Shown piece by piece: positions 1 through 12,487 of a DNA stretch of 34,580 nt. The stretch covers positions 95,351,451 to 95,386,030 of the forward strand of contig NC_068987.1 in the NCBI RefSeq assembly GCF_001194135.2. Reading direction: 5' to 3'. Each line of letters begins with the position of its first letter. Position 1 is the first letter of the stretch. Below the pieces are notes generated by a model that was not told where the DNA came from, searched no databases, and worked only from the letters and a program-made list of their open reading frames with translations. The position numbers were made by a program, and so were the translations under genes. This DNA comes from Octopus bimaculoides. Lineage: Eukaryota.

Positions 1-34
<34 letters not shown>

Positions 35-100
35 TGTATGTATATATGTACGTCTGTATGTATGTATGTATGTATGTATGTATGTATGTATATATTTATG
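1..100. repeat. (TA)n/(TATG)n compound microsatellite
   Basis: Direct reading of TA and TATG runs. Confidence 0.95.
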
Positions 101-1040
101 TAAGTATATATGAACACACTTCCTACAAAACGTGCATATCAATACTTTGAGAATCGAAGCAAGGACCAGAGAGGAGTACTCAGCCATATGCTGCTGTGTG
201 TGTGTGTGTGTGCTGTTAGCCACGCATTCATGGTGCTATCTATTTATTCATCAGTAAATTCTTTCATTTATAAACATATATTTCTTTATCATTCAATATT
301 CGGCGTATATGTTTCATATAGATACATATACACACACACATGCATATAATTAAGGATATATAGTTAGCGTCGTTTATTACATTTATAGAAAGTTTTCAAG
401 ATACTACTTACTCTGTGTTGCTCTCTGTGTTTCTCTACATATATACATACCTGTATATGTGTGCCAGAGTGTATGTATGTATGTATGTATGTGTTCATAT
501 TTGTGGCTGAGTGTGTATGTGAGTGTTATGTAAGAAATCATGTATTTATATTTATTACTAATAATAAGCATCGCATTACATTTTTTCTTTTTTTCTTTAT
601 TTTTTTTTTGATAAGCTTCACTTAACGCTTCACAGTGTTTTCATGAAATGATGCCTCTTGTGCGTTTGCTGATCGTATTCGCCTTAGAGCAATATTCCAT
701 TACAAAATTCTTTCATTTTCAGCACGGCATATATCCTTTGATGAAGAAAATCAATTGCATAGATCAATTTATTTTCAACCTTATACATTCCGTTACTTTC
801 CGAAAAGAAATATAAATATTCTTATGATATTTTCTAAAGGTTCAAATAGAAAGGGAATTCCAAATTTGAAGATATTTTCTATTACCCTTTTCTCATATAT
901 GTCTTCCTATATTTCCTATTCTAGCATACATACATAGATCCAGCCACGGATTCATCCTTCCATCTAGTCATACGTACACTTGCACACACGCATAATTATG
1001 ATGCATGCATACACGCACACAAACGCACACACACATATAT

Positions 1041-1120
<80 letters not shown>

Positions 1121-1767
1121 NNNNNNNNNNNNNNNNNNNNNNNNNNNNNNNNNNNNNNNNNNNNNNNNNNNNNNNNNNNNNNNNNNNNNNNNNNNNNNNN
1201 NNNNNNNNNNNNNNNNNNNNNNNNNNNNNNNNNNNNNNNNNNNNNNNNNNNNNNNNNNNNNNNNNNNNNNNNNNNNNNNNNNNNNNNNNNNNNNNNNNNN
1301 NNNNNNNNNNNNNNNNNNNNNNNNNNNNNNNNNNNNNNNNNNNNNNNNNNNNNNNNNNNNNNNNNNNNNNNNNNNNNNNNNNNNNNNNNNNNNNNNNNNN
1401 NNNNNNNNNNNNNNNNNNNNNNNNNNNNNNNNNNNNNNNNNNNNNNNNNNNNNNNNNNNNNNNNNNNNNNNNNNNNNNNNNNNNNNNNNNNNNNNNNNNN
1501 NNNNNNNNNNNNNNNNNNNNNNNNNNNNNNNNNNNNNNNNNNNNNNNNNNNNNNNNNNNNNNNNNNNNNNNNNNNNNNNNNNNNNNNNNNNNNNNNNNNN
1601 NNNNNNNNNNNNNNNNNNNNNNNNNNNNNNNNNNNNNNNNNNNNNNNNNNNNNNNNNNNNNNNNNNNNNNNNNNNNNNNNNNNNNNNNNNNNNNNNNNNN
1701 NNNNNNNNNNNNNNNNNNNNNNNNNNNNNNNNNNNNNNNNNNNNNNNNNNNNNNNNNNNNNNNNNNN

Positions 1768-2959
1768 ATTGTTTGTCGGTGAGCCCGACAAAGAATATGA
1801 CAATATGACCAATTTCAAAAGTAAATTTGCTCACCTAGTCATGGGATGTCGTAAGGTTCTAGAAATATACGGCAGCCCATACTCCCTCTACATAGAAAAT
1901 AACTGGAAGAGATACCTGGATGACTGTTTCATTATTTGGAGTGAAAGTATACAAAGACTTAAAGAATTCCAAGCACTTATAAATGGACTTGACGTAAACA
2001 TTCAATTCACGATGGAATATAGCCATCAACAACTTCCCTTCCTCGACATCCTCATTAAGAAATCTAACAACGTAATAGAAACATATACTATAAGCCCACG
2101 GGCTCCAAGCAATATGTACCGTTCAACTCATGCCATCCCAGACACACTAGAATGAATATCCCCTTCAACCTAGCAAAAAGGATATGTACTATAGTTTCTA
2201 ATGCAAACACCAGAGACACACGACTACATGAACTAAAGGGTACACTCATCACCAGGAACTACTCACCTTCACTAATTGCTATATGCTTTCAACGTGCCCT
2301 TCAACACAACATTCATGAACTCAGGCATCCCAAGTTAAAGAAGGATTTACAACCAAAAGCCTTACCATACATCTTCACACACAACCCTCTTAACAATGAA
2401 GCCTTCGACACCATCCTTCAAAACATTCCCTTGCTAAAAAAAAGGGCCACAAGATGAATTTATTCCTCCAAACACGCACCATCATAAAAAGCAAGAGACA
2501 ACCCGAATCTATGTAAAGTCTCCTAACACAAGCCCGAATACGCTCAATAACAACACAGAAGCCGTCAGTAAAAAATGCGGAAAACCCAACTGTGCGATGT
2601 GCGTCAATTTAATTGAGAGATCAGAGTTCTCCTTCAAACAGGAACATCGTTTCACAGTGAAAAGCAGCTTCACATGTGCTTCGGAAAACCTGATATACGC
2701 ACTAACCTGCTCTGGGTGTCAAGAGAAATACATAGGCCAAACAAAAAACAGTCTACGTAGAAGGATGGCTCTGCACAGATCCCAGATTAAAATTCCCCAA
2801 AACAGAAAAATAGCATTCAGCCAACGCATCGACGTTTGCGCCAATAACAAAAATCCAAGCTTCAGAATTTTTCACCTCTACCAATTCAGGGACGATACAA
2901 CCTGTAGCCAACGAATTAGTAAAGAGACTCTTTTATTACAAAATATAGACCCCTTTTGA
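1768..2959 (+). mobile_element. Penelope-like retroelement, RT C-terminal half plus GIY-YIG endonuclease, frameshifted; 5' part lost in gap
   Basis: RT motifs WKRYLDDCFIIW and LPFLDILI. A frameshift near 2083 restores YYKPTGSKQYVPFNSCHPRHTRMNIPFNLAKRICTIVSN. Linker CGKPNCAMC at about 2575-2600. GIY-YIG motif NLIYALTCSGCQEKYIGQTKNSLRRRMALHRSQI. RT followed by GIY-YIG is diagnostic of PLEs. Confidence 0.92.
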
Positions 2960-3108
2960 ACGCATCTGCAACAAACGACATATCCAGCACGGTCTTAGAA
3001 TAACACAAACACACACGCAAGTATCAAAAATGATACACTCAAGAGATTCCCAAGAATTCATTAAAAGACACTCTCAATCCATAACGAGCCACTTTTAGGT
3101 CAATTGAC

Positions 3109-3364
3109 CATTTAACATCCTACTACTATCATACCACCTGCATTATTTTGTCATTCTCCCTTATCTTTCTCTTTCTTCTTCTTCGACTTCTTCCTCTTCG
3201 CCACCGCTTTCCTAACTTTACTACTATTGCTGTTTAGAATAACACCTACGCAAATATTATAAACAATACATTCAAAAGAGATGTCTCAACATTTCAATCA
3301 CTACTACCATACACAACAAATCACTTTCAGGGCACTTGAACATTTAACATCCTACTACTATCAT
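3109..3364 (+). repeat. Short direct repeats downstream of the PLE ORF
   Basis: CATTTAACATCCTACTACTATCAT occurs exactly at 3109-3132 and 3341-3364, with a degenerate copy near 3290. Confidence 0.8.
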
Positions 3365-5496
3365 GTCACTCCNNNNNNNNNNNNNNNNNNNNNNNNNNNN
3401 NNNNNNNNNNNNNNNNNNNNNNNNNNNNNNNNNNNNNNNNNNNNNNNNNNNNNNNNNNNNNNNNNNNNNNNNNNNNNNNNNNNNNNNNNNNNNNNNNNNN
3501 NNNNNNNNNNNNNNNNNNNNNNNNNNNNNNNNNNNNNNNNNNNNNNNNNNNNNNNNNNNNNNNNNNNNNNNNNNNNNNNNNNNNNNNNNNNNNNNNNNNN
3601 NNNNNNNNNNNNNNNNNNNNNNNNNNNNNNNNNNNNNNNNNNNNNNNNNNNNNNNNNNNNNNNNNNNNNNNNNNNNNNTGTGTGTGTGTGTGTGTAAAAA
3701 TATGTGACATTTATTCAGTAGCCATGATAAAACTCCGAGTTTCGGATGCCAGGGTGGGGTGGGGTCCACTCCAACATCTCTTCAGTTATCCAGCCATTGA
3801 AAATTCCTTTGAAAAATGACCGTTAAAAACAAAGGGAAATTACTGTGTAGAGACAAAACGCGTCTAAAACTGCGTATATCATACACGCACGCACATATCT
3901 CAATGTACGCAGGATAATGAGCAGAAAATTATCACTGTAATCCCTTTTTCTGGGTCTTTTTCTCAAATCATGGAAATAGGAATTCTCCCGCTCTGTGCCT
4001 GCTGCATTAGATGTCAGCCAAGGGTTCTCCAGACACGGCGGTAAAATTCGGAAGGCGAAATACTCCGTGTGCAGCAAAGCATCGCTTTCTGTACTTCCGA
4101 GAGTAGCAGTAGGCGGTCAAAGTAGACACTGATATCCATTCTACATTCAGGCTGTTAATTCGTCCCGAAGCGTCATGCCAAGTGCCACTGAAAAGCCGTA
4201 CACTGCTGATTGAAATCGAGCAACAGGCGAATATTTTAGTCTCCCAACGACTGAACTGTGGTTTTGTTGCTACGTTGCGCTTCTTTCTCTTGAACCTGGC
4301 GAATGGTTTTCGTCTCATTATGTCTTAGAGCACACGTCTTAATTCTGGAGATGCAAACTTCGTGTTCTGTACTGAAGAAGTAGTCGAAGGTTTAACTAGA
4401 TGTAATCGATTCTACTTTAATTGCCCATTTCAAGGATAACCACCATTTGTTGACTATTGTACCCGTCGACTCCTGCTTGACCAGTTTGTCAATAATATTT
4501 CTGTCAGCTTGGGGACCCAGAAGCAACGCGTTTCGTTTCCATTAAAATGGTACTTGCCTTCGAAATCTATATGGGGTCAGTGGATATGCTACAACTCTAT
4601 GTTCTGTGTCGACAACGGTTTTAAAATGAGGACAACCTATACTTATCAACAGAATATTCTATCAAGAACGAGCTAGATGACCTGATGTGGTTCGTCCATT
4701 TTCATATTGTCACATTCAGGAAATCCATTTCTGAGCAGTCGCTTACTAGCGCTGAAGATCGGTCTAGGCCATGTCTAACTTACTAGCACCACCTGATATA
4801 TATATATATANNNNNNNNNNNNNNNNNNNNNNNNNNNNNNNNNNNNNNNNNNNNNNNNNNNNNNNNNNNNNNNNNNNNNNNNNNNNNNNNNNNNNNNNNN
4901 NNNNNNNNNNNNNNNNNNNNNNNNNNNNNNNNNNNNNNNNNNNNNNNNNNNNNNNNNNNNNNNNNNNNNNNNNNNNNNNNNNNNNNNNNNNNNNNNNNNN
5001 NNNNNNNNNNNNNNNNNNNNNNNNNNNNNNNNNNNNNNNNNNNNNNNNNNNNNNNNNNNNNNNNNNNNNNNNNNNNNNNNNNNNNNNNNNNNNNNNNNNN
5101 NNNNNNNNNNNNNNNNNNNNNNNNNNNNNNNNNNNNNNNNNNNNNNNNNNNNNNNNNNNNNNNNNNNNNNNNNNNNNNNNNNNNNNNNNNNNNNNNNNNN
5201 NNNNNNNNNNNNNNNNNNNNNNNNNNNNNNNNNNNNNNNNNNNNNNNNNNNNNNNNNNNNNNNNNNNNNNNNNNNNNNNNNNNNNNNNNNNNNNNNNNNN
5301 NNNNNNNNNNNNNNNNNNNNNNNNNNNNNNNNNNNNNNNNNNNNNNNNNNNNNNNNNNNNNNNNNNNNNNNNNNNNNNNNNNNNNNNNNNNNNNNNNNNN
5401 NNNNNNNNNNNNNNNNNNNNNNNNNNNNNNNNNNNNNNNNNNNNNNNNNNNNNNNNNNNNNNNNNNNNNNNNNNNNNNNNNNNNNNNNNNNNNNNN

Positions 5497-5545
<49 letters not shown>

Positions 5546-8500
5546 ATGTATGTATATATGCTGTGAGAGAGGGGAGACAGAGGGAGGGAGTTAGTTTTAC
5601 GCACAGAAGTGAAAATTTATGCAAATTATCCATCAATATTTTGTCTCTAACCATAAATATGCAAAACTATTTGTGTATATAACCAGTCATGCGCGGAAGG
5701 CCAATAAAATATATTGCAACCATCACGTTTTCCAGCACATTTTCAAGTACACTGGTCACACAAATAATAATCTATATACTAATACATATACATACACACA
5801 CACACATATACATGTGTGTATGAGCCTGTGCGTGTGTCTGTGTGTCTGTGTGAATTGTATGTGTGCCTATATGTACGTGTATACATACGTCTAAATAATC
5901 GAAACAATAGTCTGGTCAGAGAATATTTCTCTGAGAATCAGTCAAGCTATTCAACAGTGCTTGGATTAGGAAATGTCATTCAAGTTTAATGGAAAGATTA
6001 TCTTATTGTCTAGCTTCTCTCGTCTACGTAATGAGAGGGACAACGGGACTGTAGAAGCTTGTCATTCTCTCTACCCCACACACACCTACACACACAGCTA
6101 CACACACAAACACCACCCCCACCGTACACAATCTTACCTTCTCGAAAATTTTTCTACTTTCCTTATTGCAACAATACAAAGAAATCAGGAAATACGTCAA
6201 TGTAAATTAGTCATTCAGCCAACATTTGTTACCATCTTTTATTTGGACTTACCGCCCATTACATCGCACTATTTTCATATTGTTTATTGCTTCTGCCGTT
6301 GCTGCTTCGCTTGTTTTTGTTGTAAGTGGTGCTATCACTGCTATTTTGGGCTGTATTTTTATTTTAGCATTCTCTGAATTTGTTGTTGCAAACTAATTTA
6401 TAACCATGTTATTGTTTTCGTTTATTTATCTTCTTTATTTGAATTCATTATATCTAGTTGCTGGTGATATCTACAATGAAATCCATTATTATTCTCTAGT
6501 TGATGTTGTTGCTGCTTCTGTTGTTGTCTATGATATTTTGCTGTCCTTTCTAATCATTTGGTAATTATTGTTAGTATTTACTAGTGTCTACCACTTCTCC
6601 ACAATTTGTTTGATTATTTAGGAAAAAAAACTTACAGACGTTATAGCATTTATTCATCGATTATACCTTTTTGATTAACGAAAAAATGTTATTTACTTTA
6701 AATAAATTTTAACAAATACAAAATATCCAGATTAAAAATTTCCAAGAAATTTTGAAATTCTTTGTACCAAGTATTTTTATTAAAATATCGAAATATTTCT
6801 TGAAATGGAGTAGTGGTTGCTGCTAAAGCACATTGAGTTATATAACTGCTCAGTTAGAATTGAGCTCGGTTCGATCGAACAACTAACAACAATAACAAGA
6901 ACATAAACATAGCGAATATGTCACTGAGGAAATGATAGACGTCAATATGTATAACTCGTTATATAATAAGAAACTTATTTGCATATGTATCTCACGTGTC
7001 TATCTATCTATCTATCAACCAGGTATGCGATTAATATACTTATTCCACCAGTTGATTTCCATAGGATGATTGCCGTTTCGCAGCCAACATCATGCATAAT
7101 AATTTATGTTTTGCGTATAATAAATTATCTTCCATGTCTGCGCTAGTATGTATGCTATAAATTTGCATAGTACTATTGTACATTTCACAAACGAATGCTG
7201 ATATAGAAGGCCCGCATTTCAGATCAAAAGAATATGAGGGTTACATCAATTTTTTACCTCCGATTTACACATACAAAAAAAAAAAATTCATCTTCAAATT
7301 CAAAATGCATGGAAGATCAATAATTATTTTTTTAAATTACAAAAAAGAGGAGGAAAGGCGATTTTTTTAAAGATATTAAAAAGGAAATTATGCGTAGCGG
7401 TGATGTATGTGAAGACGATGTTTGGTATAAGAGAGAAAGAGTCAGGTAGGTTATTGATAATAACCTTTTGATAGTAATAGTAGAGAGGGAGAAAAGAAAG
7501 TGAAAGTTTAAAGGAATGAAAGAGAAGTTTATGGTGTTTGTGTTGTGACATATAGGGAGAAATATCAACAAACAGAAATAAAATAAAAGTTAAAACAGAA
7601 TGAGAGAGAGGAAGATAGAGTAAGAACATTTGTATTAATATGGTAGGTCGAAGTATACTGAGCTACATTAAGTAGATAAAGTAGGGTGAAAATGTAGCAG
7701 AAGGGAAGATAGAGAGATAAATTCATTTTGAGATGCATTTAATAGTATAAAACCGCCGGATATATGAAAAAAAAAAAAAAGGAATCAGGTAATTTATAAG
7801 AATTGTTAGTATTGAAATAGGGTTAGAATTTAAATGGTCAACAGATACGAAATGTCTAAGTAAACTGTATGATTAATGCAATACATATATCTAGGGGTTA
7901 AGTAACTATAATCATTATGAAATTAGATAATGGAAAAAGGCAATAGAAAATAGGCATATACATNNNNNNNNNNNNNNNNNNNNNNNNNNNNNNNNNNNNN
8001 NNNNNNNNNNNNNNNNNNNNNNNNNNNNNNNNNNNNNNNNNNNNNNNNNNNNNNNNNNNNNNNNNNNNNNNNNNNNNNNNNNNNNNNNNNNNNNNNNNNN
8101 NNNNNNNNTATATATATATGCATATATACTTTTCGTAATGAGATAAAAAACCAAGGCTGTGTATGATATAGAACATTTATAAATCGAATGTCTTACAGCT
8201 GTTTCCAGGATATTTATTATTATAAGGAATAGGAACCGAAACGTAACGAGAACAGCTAAACCAACTGCGAATAAATGCCGGTCACTAACAACACCCAACA
8301 ATAGATGCTCGTGTAGGGACAAATGAAGATGCTCACTGAGTAAAATCTGAACGAGTTGCAATCTCGTTTATAAATGCACTGCGCACACACGAGGAGGCCT
8401 GTATGTGTACATAGGTGCATTGGCCGATTCATTCAAGAATCAATCAAATCTCAAGCTTTAAAAAAGTAATTAAGAGACTTGCAACTTCGCTGGTGTATTT

Positions 8501-9255
8501 TCTGTGGAAATTAAAATCGGACAACATTAAATACGAACTGTCTTGGGTATTTGTAAGACACGCACAACACTAGTTGAAGCAAAATTTGTCAGTGAACCAA
8601 AGAGCCAGCATCGAAGGAACCAGAAAAAAGCCGTTAACAACAGAAAAACACAAAACCGTTGCAAAAGTAAACAAGAAATTTTTAGGGAAATTAACTATGT
8701 GTACGGATTTAAATGAGATTTTTGAAGTTACTTCTGTCAGTAAATTATGAACTTAATTTTATCAGTAATTCCGTCAACAACAAAAAAACACAAAACATTG
8801 CAAAAGTAAATTTTAAAAATTGTAGTTGTTCGTAATATCTTATCTTGTTGTGAGCTACCACATCTACATCTTGTAACCTTTTGTCGTTGAGCTGATTGCC
8901 AACCTGACAGGCGACCTCAGATCATGAACATTTACGCGGCTATTCTGAGTAATTCCAAGGAAAATGAGAAAGAGTTATTTAAATTAATTCTGTGACAGAG
9001 AGCGTAGAACCAAAAACAGAGTCTGGATGTTTCTTCACTACAAATCATACTCTCTCGGAGGCTTCTTGGCACATATCTACTGCAACAAGCATCAAAATGA
9101 GAAATTAACTGGTTTTAACTCGCGGAGCAGTTACGCTGCTGGGAAAGGAACCACACAATGAGGATTACACTGTCAGTTTGCAACCTATAACTGTGTTAAA
9201 TGCAGAGTACATTATTTACATTTGACGGATATTAGTCCTCATCTTGTTTGTTGTT

Positions 9256-9301
9256 AACACAACGTTTCGGTTGATATACCCTCCAGCCTTCATCAGGTGT
9301 C
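9256..9301 (-). ncRNA. Minimal type I hammerhead ribozyme motif (PLE-type, palindromic helix III)
   Basis: Minus strand: GACAC-CUGAUGA-A-GGCUG(GAGGGUAUAU)CAACC-GAA-ACGU-U-GUGUU. Helix I is GACAC/GUGUU (5 bp). Helix II is GGCUG/CAACC (one C-A mismatch). Helix III is the loopless palindrome ACGU. Predicted cleavage is after GUU, between 9261 and 9260. Confidence 0.75.
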
Positions 9302-9348
9302 TTGGGAAAATGTTGAACCTCGGTTCTCATTCCTAAGGTATTTTTCGA

Positions 9349-9405
9349 TGTTGTTGTTGTTGTTGCTGCTGCTGCTGTTGTTGTTGTTGTTGTTGTCATT
9401 ATCAC

Positions 9406-9444
<39 letters not shown>

Positions 9445-9469
9445 CATTATTATTATTATTATTATTATT
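9349..9469. repeat. Compound trinucleotide microsatellite (TGT/TGC/ATT)n
   Basis: Direct reading; explains the poly-L and poly-I/T ORF artefacts. Confidence 0.95.
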
Positions 9470-9516
9470 CACGTCACTACTTGGAATCGAACTCGGAATC
9501 TTGGGGTTAGTAGCTT

Positions 9517-9700
9517 TTATTTTTTGGTGTTCTTGGGGCAGAAAACAGTTAGATGATTAGTGTCTCCACACTTGTAGCATCAAAGCTTTCTGCCTTCTTG
9601 TATCATCTGTTGTTACTGCCTCCTGGGATCTCTATCAGGTCAGGAATTTTGTCGCGTGTCTGAGCTTTCATCAGAATCAAATTTTCTAAAACATACAAAC
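9517..9700 (-). pseudogene. Decayed retroelement ORF1/gag-like fragment with CCHC zinc knuckle
   Basis: Minus 9579-9538 translates CYKCGDTNHLTVFC, a perfect CX2CX4HX4C. It is preceded, through disruptions, by TRDKIPDLIEIPGGS and GRKL. Confidence 0.7.
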
Positions 9701-11469
9701 GCACTTTTATTTTCCGTATCTTTTTATTTCTAGCAGCATGCGATATTTCTTCCAAAACCACATATTTCGCTATCCACAATAAGTGTTCTTCTGTTTCTAT
9801 ACTTTAGATTTTGACTCCCATTACGCTCCGTCATGGGTAATTCGGTATTATTGTGAAGTTTTCATTGATTTGTGGTGTGTTGTGGGGTTTCTGGTGTATG
9901 GTTTCCGAGTGGTAACTTCGTTGGATGCTTCCGAGTTGATGCACATGTCCTTCAAAATTTAAGCCTTGTCATATGTTTCTTAAATCTGCTTCAGATTGGT
10001 TTGAAAGTTTACTCTTTAAATATCAAGATAGATTTTTTTTTTCTTTTCTCTTGATTCTAAAAGGTATTGCGTTGTTATATCAAGGGCAAAGTTTCTCTTT
10101 TGTTGCTGTCTTTCTCCACCACATTTATAGATTCATGATTATTGTGAGATCAAATCAAACAAATTTGTAATTTTGGTTGAAGATATAGCTTTCGTGTTTT
10201 TCACTGCCGTTACCGCTACTATTGTTGGTATCATAGATGTTGCTGTTGTTATTGCTTCTTATTCGTTTGCTATTCGGTGGAGTTGCAATGCTCGATTGTT
10301 TCGGTAGTGTTGTATTTTCCTTTTCACATTACTGTTCTTGCTGCTACTACATTTGTTATTGTCAAAGCTGTTGCTGTTGTGGCTACTTGTACTGTTATTA
10401 CTATTTTGAATTCCACTACGTCTGTAATAATTTGGGAGAGGAAACGAATGCGAAAATTGGTTTCAGCTCTGAAACCTTCTTCCACATGTTCGTCTTTTCC
10501 TTAGACTATTACAAAATCGATGCCAGTTTTGAAAAAAAAAAGATTCCTTCATCAAACTTTGCTTCCAGAAAGGAAAACATATCATGGAATTCCAAAACAC
10601 GTTCAGCTTAGGCGATACACAACAACAACAATAGTAATATCAGCAGACATACCCGGCGTTTCCCAGCAGGTAAATGGCATGGTTTGTGTATATGGTACAG
10701 TTAAGTTGAAACATGTGATACGGGGAAGTGCAGCATTAATAACAAAACATTTGTGGAGTAAATGAAGGGTTATTTCGACTAAATGACATGTCATGTGTTT
10801 GTTTGGAAGATTCCAGGCCTTAGCCTTGTCAAGGGAAAGTGGGTGGTGGGTATGTGATTATTGAACGCACCAAAAAGCTCTCAGTGGATATACTCTCGTT
10901 TGCATTTGTCGGCGCTGCCGCTACCACGCTGAACAATCAACAGACATAGGAATTACATCCATGTGATAAATTAAGCCTGTAGGCGTGCTCAACAGAACCA
11001 CATGAGAGAAATCAACATGAAAGAAATGACGTGGATAGTGGGGGCAGGCAAAGAAGCGCTTGAAAACAATACTGTCATGCGATGTTTTGGTTTGGGATCA
11101 ATAGTCGTGGCTCCACCGTGCAATCCTTCGCGTAAAAAGCATGCGACCATTTTGAGGACAACTCAGCTCCCAAAGGAAAACAATTCTGCATTCAGCGTCC
11201 GGACATGCAAAGTCACATTAAGCACACGGTTTCTAACTAACGTAGTTGGGTCTTAGACACCATAAATTAGTAGGTTAATGTACATGCGATGCTTCAGTTT
11301 GTAGTCAATGACTGAAGAATATTTGTATGGGCTTAATCTATACTTAGAGGGAAGACTATGATACTGAAGCTAAAAGAAAATAGTTCAATAATTGCTCAGG
11401 ATTTAACATATTTTAGTATATTTGTCATAATAACCCTCGTGCGTTCCAAACGCACTATGCCTTCTTTTA

Positions 11470-11665
11470 AATTTTTGGCACAAGACCGTTAACTTACAGA
11501 GAGGAGGTTAATAGAGTACATCGACCACAGTCTTTGTCTGGTATATTATTTTATGAATCCTGAAGAATGAAAGGCAAAGTTGAACTCAGCGACATTAGAA
11601 CCTAGGACGTAAAGAACCGGTAGAAGAAGTACCGCTAAGCATCTTGTCCGACACGCTAATGATTC
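11470..11665 (-). mobile_element. tRNA-derived SINE family A, diverged copy
   Basis: GAATGAAAGGCAAAGTTGAACTCAGCG...ACCGCTAAGCATCTTGTCCGACACGCTAATGATTC aligns by eye with the other family A copies. Confidence 0.7.
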
Positions 11666-12427
11666 AACCGAATTATGACATTGAAAATAACAAGGATAAG
11701 TGAAAAATAGTTTTTTTGCGTGCTTGTCTTTTTGTATAAAGTCAACGCATAATAATTTTGAAAGCTGAGCAGCTTGTATTTAATGAATGTTCAGGGAGTA
11801 CAGAATACTGAGTTGAAGTTTTACAACTGATACTCAATGTGATGTAATGGATTGCAGGACATTCCCATGATGTATATTATCAACTTGAAAACAAAGTCGC
11901 CGTTGTTTAATCAAAGTGTATTATTAGATGAAAAGCACCATTATAGTTTTACCATTCTCAATATAGAGCTGTATTATTTACAAGTGTGTTGTGAAAAAGA
12001 TAAGCTAGCTGTTCATAAGGAATGTAAAGCTAACAAGATATTAAGGTTGTCAATAATATCTGCTGAGTCTACCGTTGCGATGATATATTGTAATGATTTA
12101 AATAATAATTTGGTTTCACTGAATTATTCTTGAAATTTTCTCACTTCAAATTAGTGAAAAACATTTATACATGTGCAATGAAACTTTATATCACATGGTA
12201 GTCTCCAGTAACGTTATTGAAAATCATGCGAATTCCATTCCAACTCAAATAGGAAACTAAACGTAAAATAGCAAGTAGACTTAACTGATATGACAAATAC
12301 AGGCAGACATACACATCTATTTACATACACACATACACGCACTCAACCATACACTCATACATACTATACATGTATATACACAATTATATGTTTAGGTATA
12401 TGTATATATACATATATATGCTTATGC

Positions 12428-12429
<2 letters not shown>

Positions 12430-12485
<56 letters not shown>
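12430..12485. repeat. (TG)n microsatellite
   Basis: Direct reading. Confidence 0.95.

Positions 12486-12487
<2 letters not shown>

Larger units (their letters stand above)
9207..9514 (-). mobile_element. Composite SINE-like element: 5'-truncated tRNA-like head, (AAT/AAC/AGC)n microsatellite, hammerhead-bearing tail
   Basis: Minus strand reads GCTACTAACCCCAAGATTCCGAGTTCGATTCC (anticodon-loop-like CTACTAA, then B box GAGTTCGATTCC at 9483-9494), then the microsatellite at 9349-9469, then a tail with CTGATGA...GAAACGTT. No A box is seen. Boundaries are approximate. Confidence 0.6.

Noticed and set aside
4742-4790. CTGAAGA followed by a small hairpin and ATGTC
   Set aside because: The GAAA core is missing and there is no helix I.
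8631-8810. About 40-bp imperfect direct repeat 140 bp apart
   Set aside because: A-rich, two copies only; an ordinary local duplication.
9470-9514. A genuine tRNA gene
   Set aside because: Only the 3' half is present, the T stem is mispaired, and there is no acceptor stem or D arm; the SINE heads elsewhere likewise do not fold as cloverleaves.
10400-10610. Minus-strand exon-like peptide AERVLEFHDMFSFLEAKFDEG...
   Set aside because: Continuity needs both a frameshift in an A10 run and read-through of a TAA, and no family is recognised.
10800-11270. Possible LINE 3' fragment on the minus strand
   Set aside because: The sequence looks repeat-derived, but no motif could be read with confidence.
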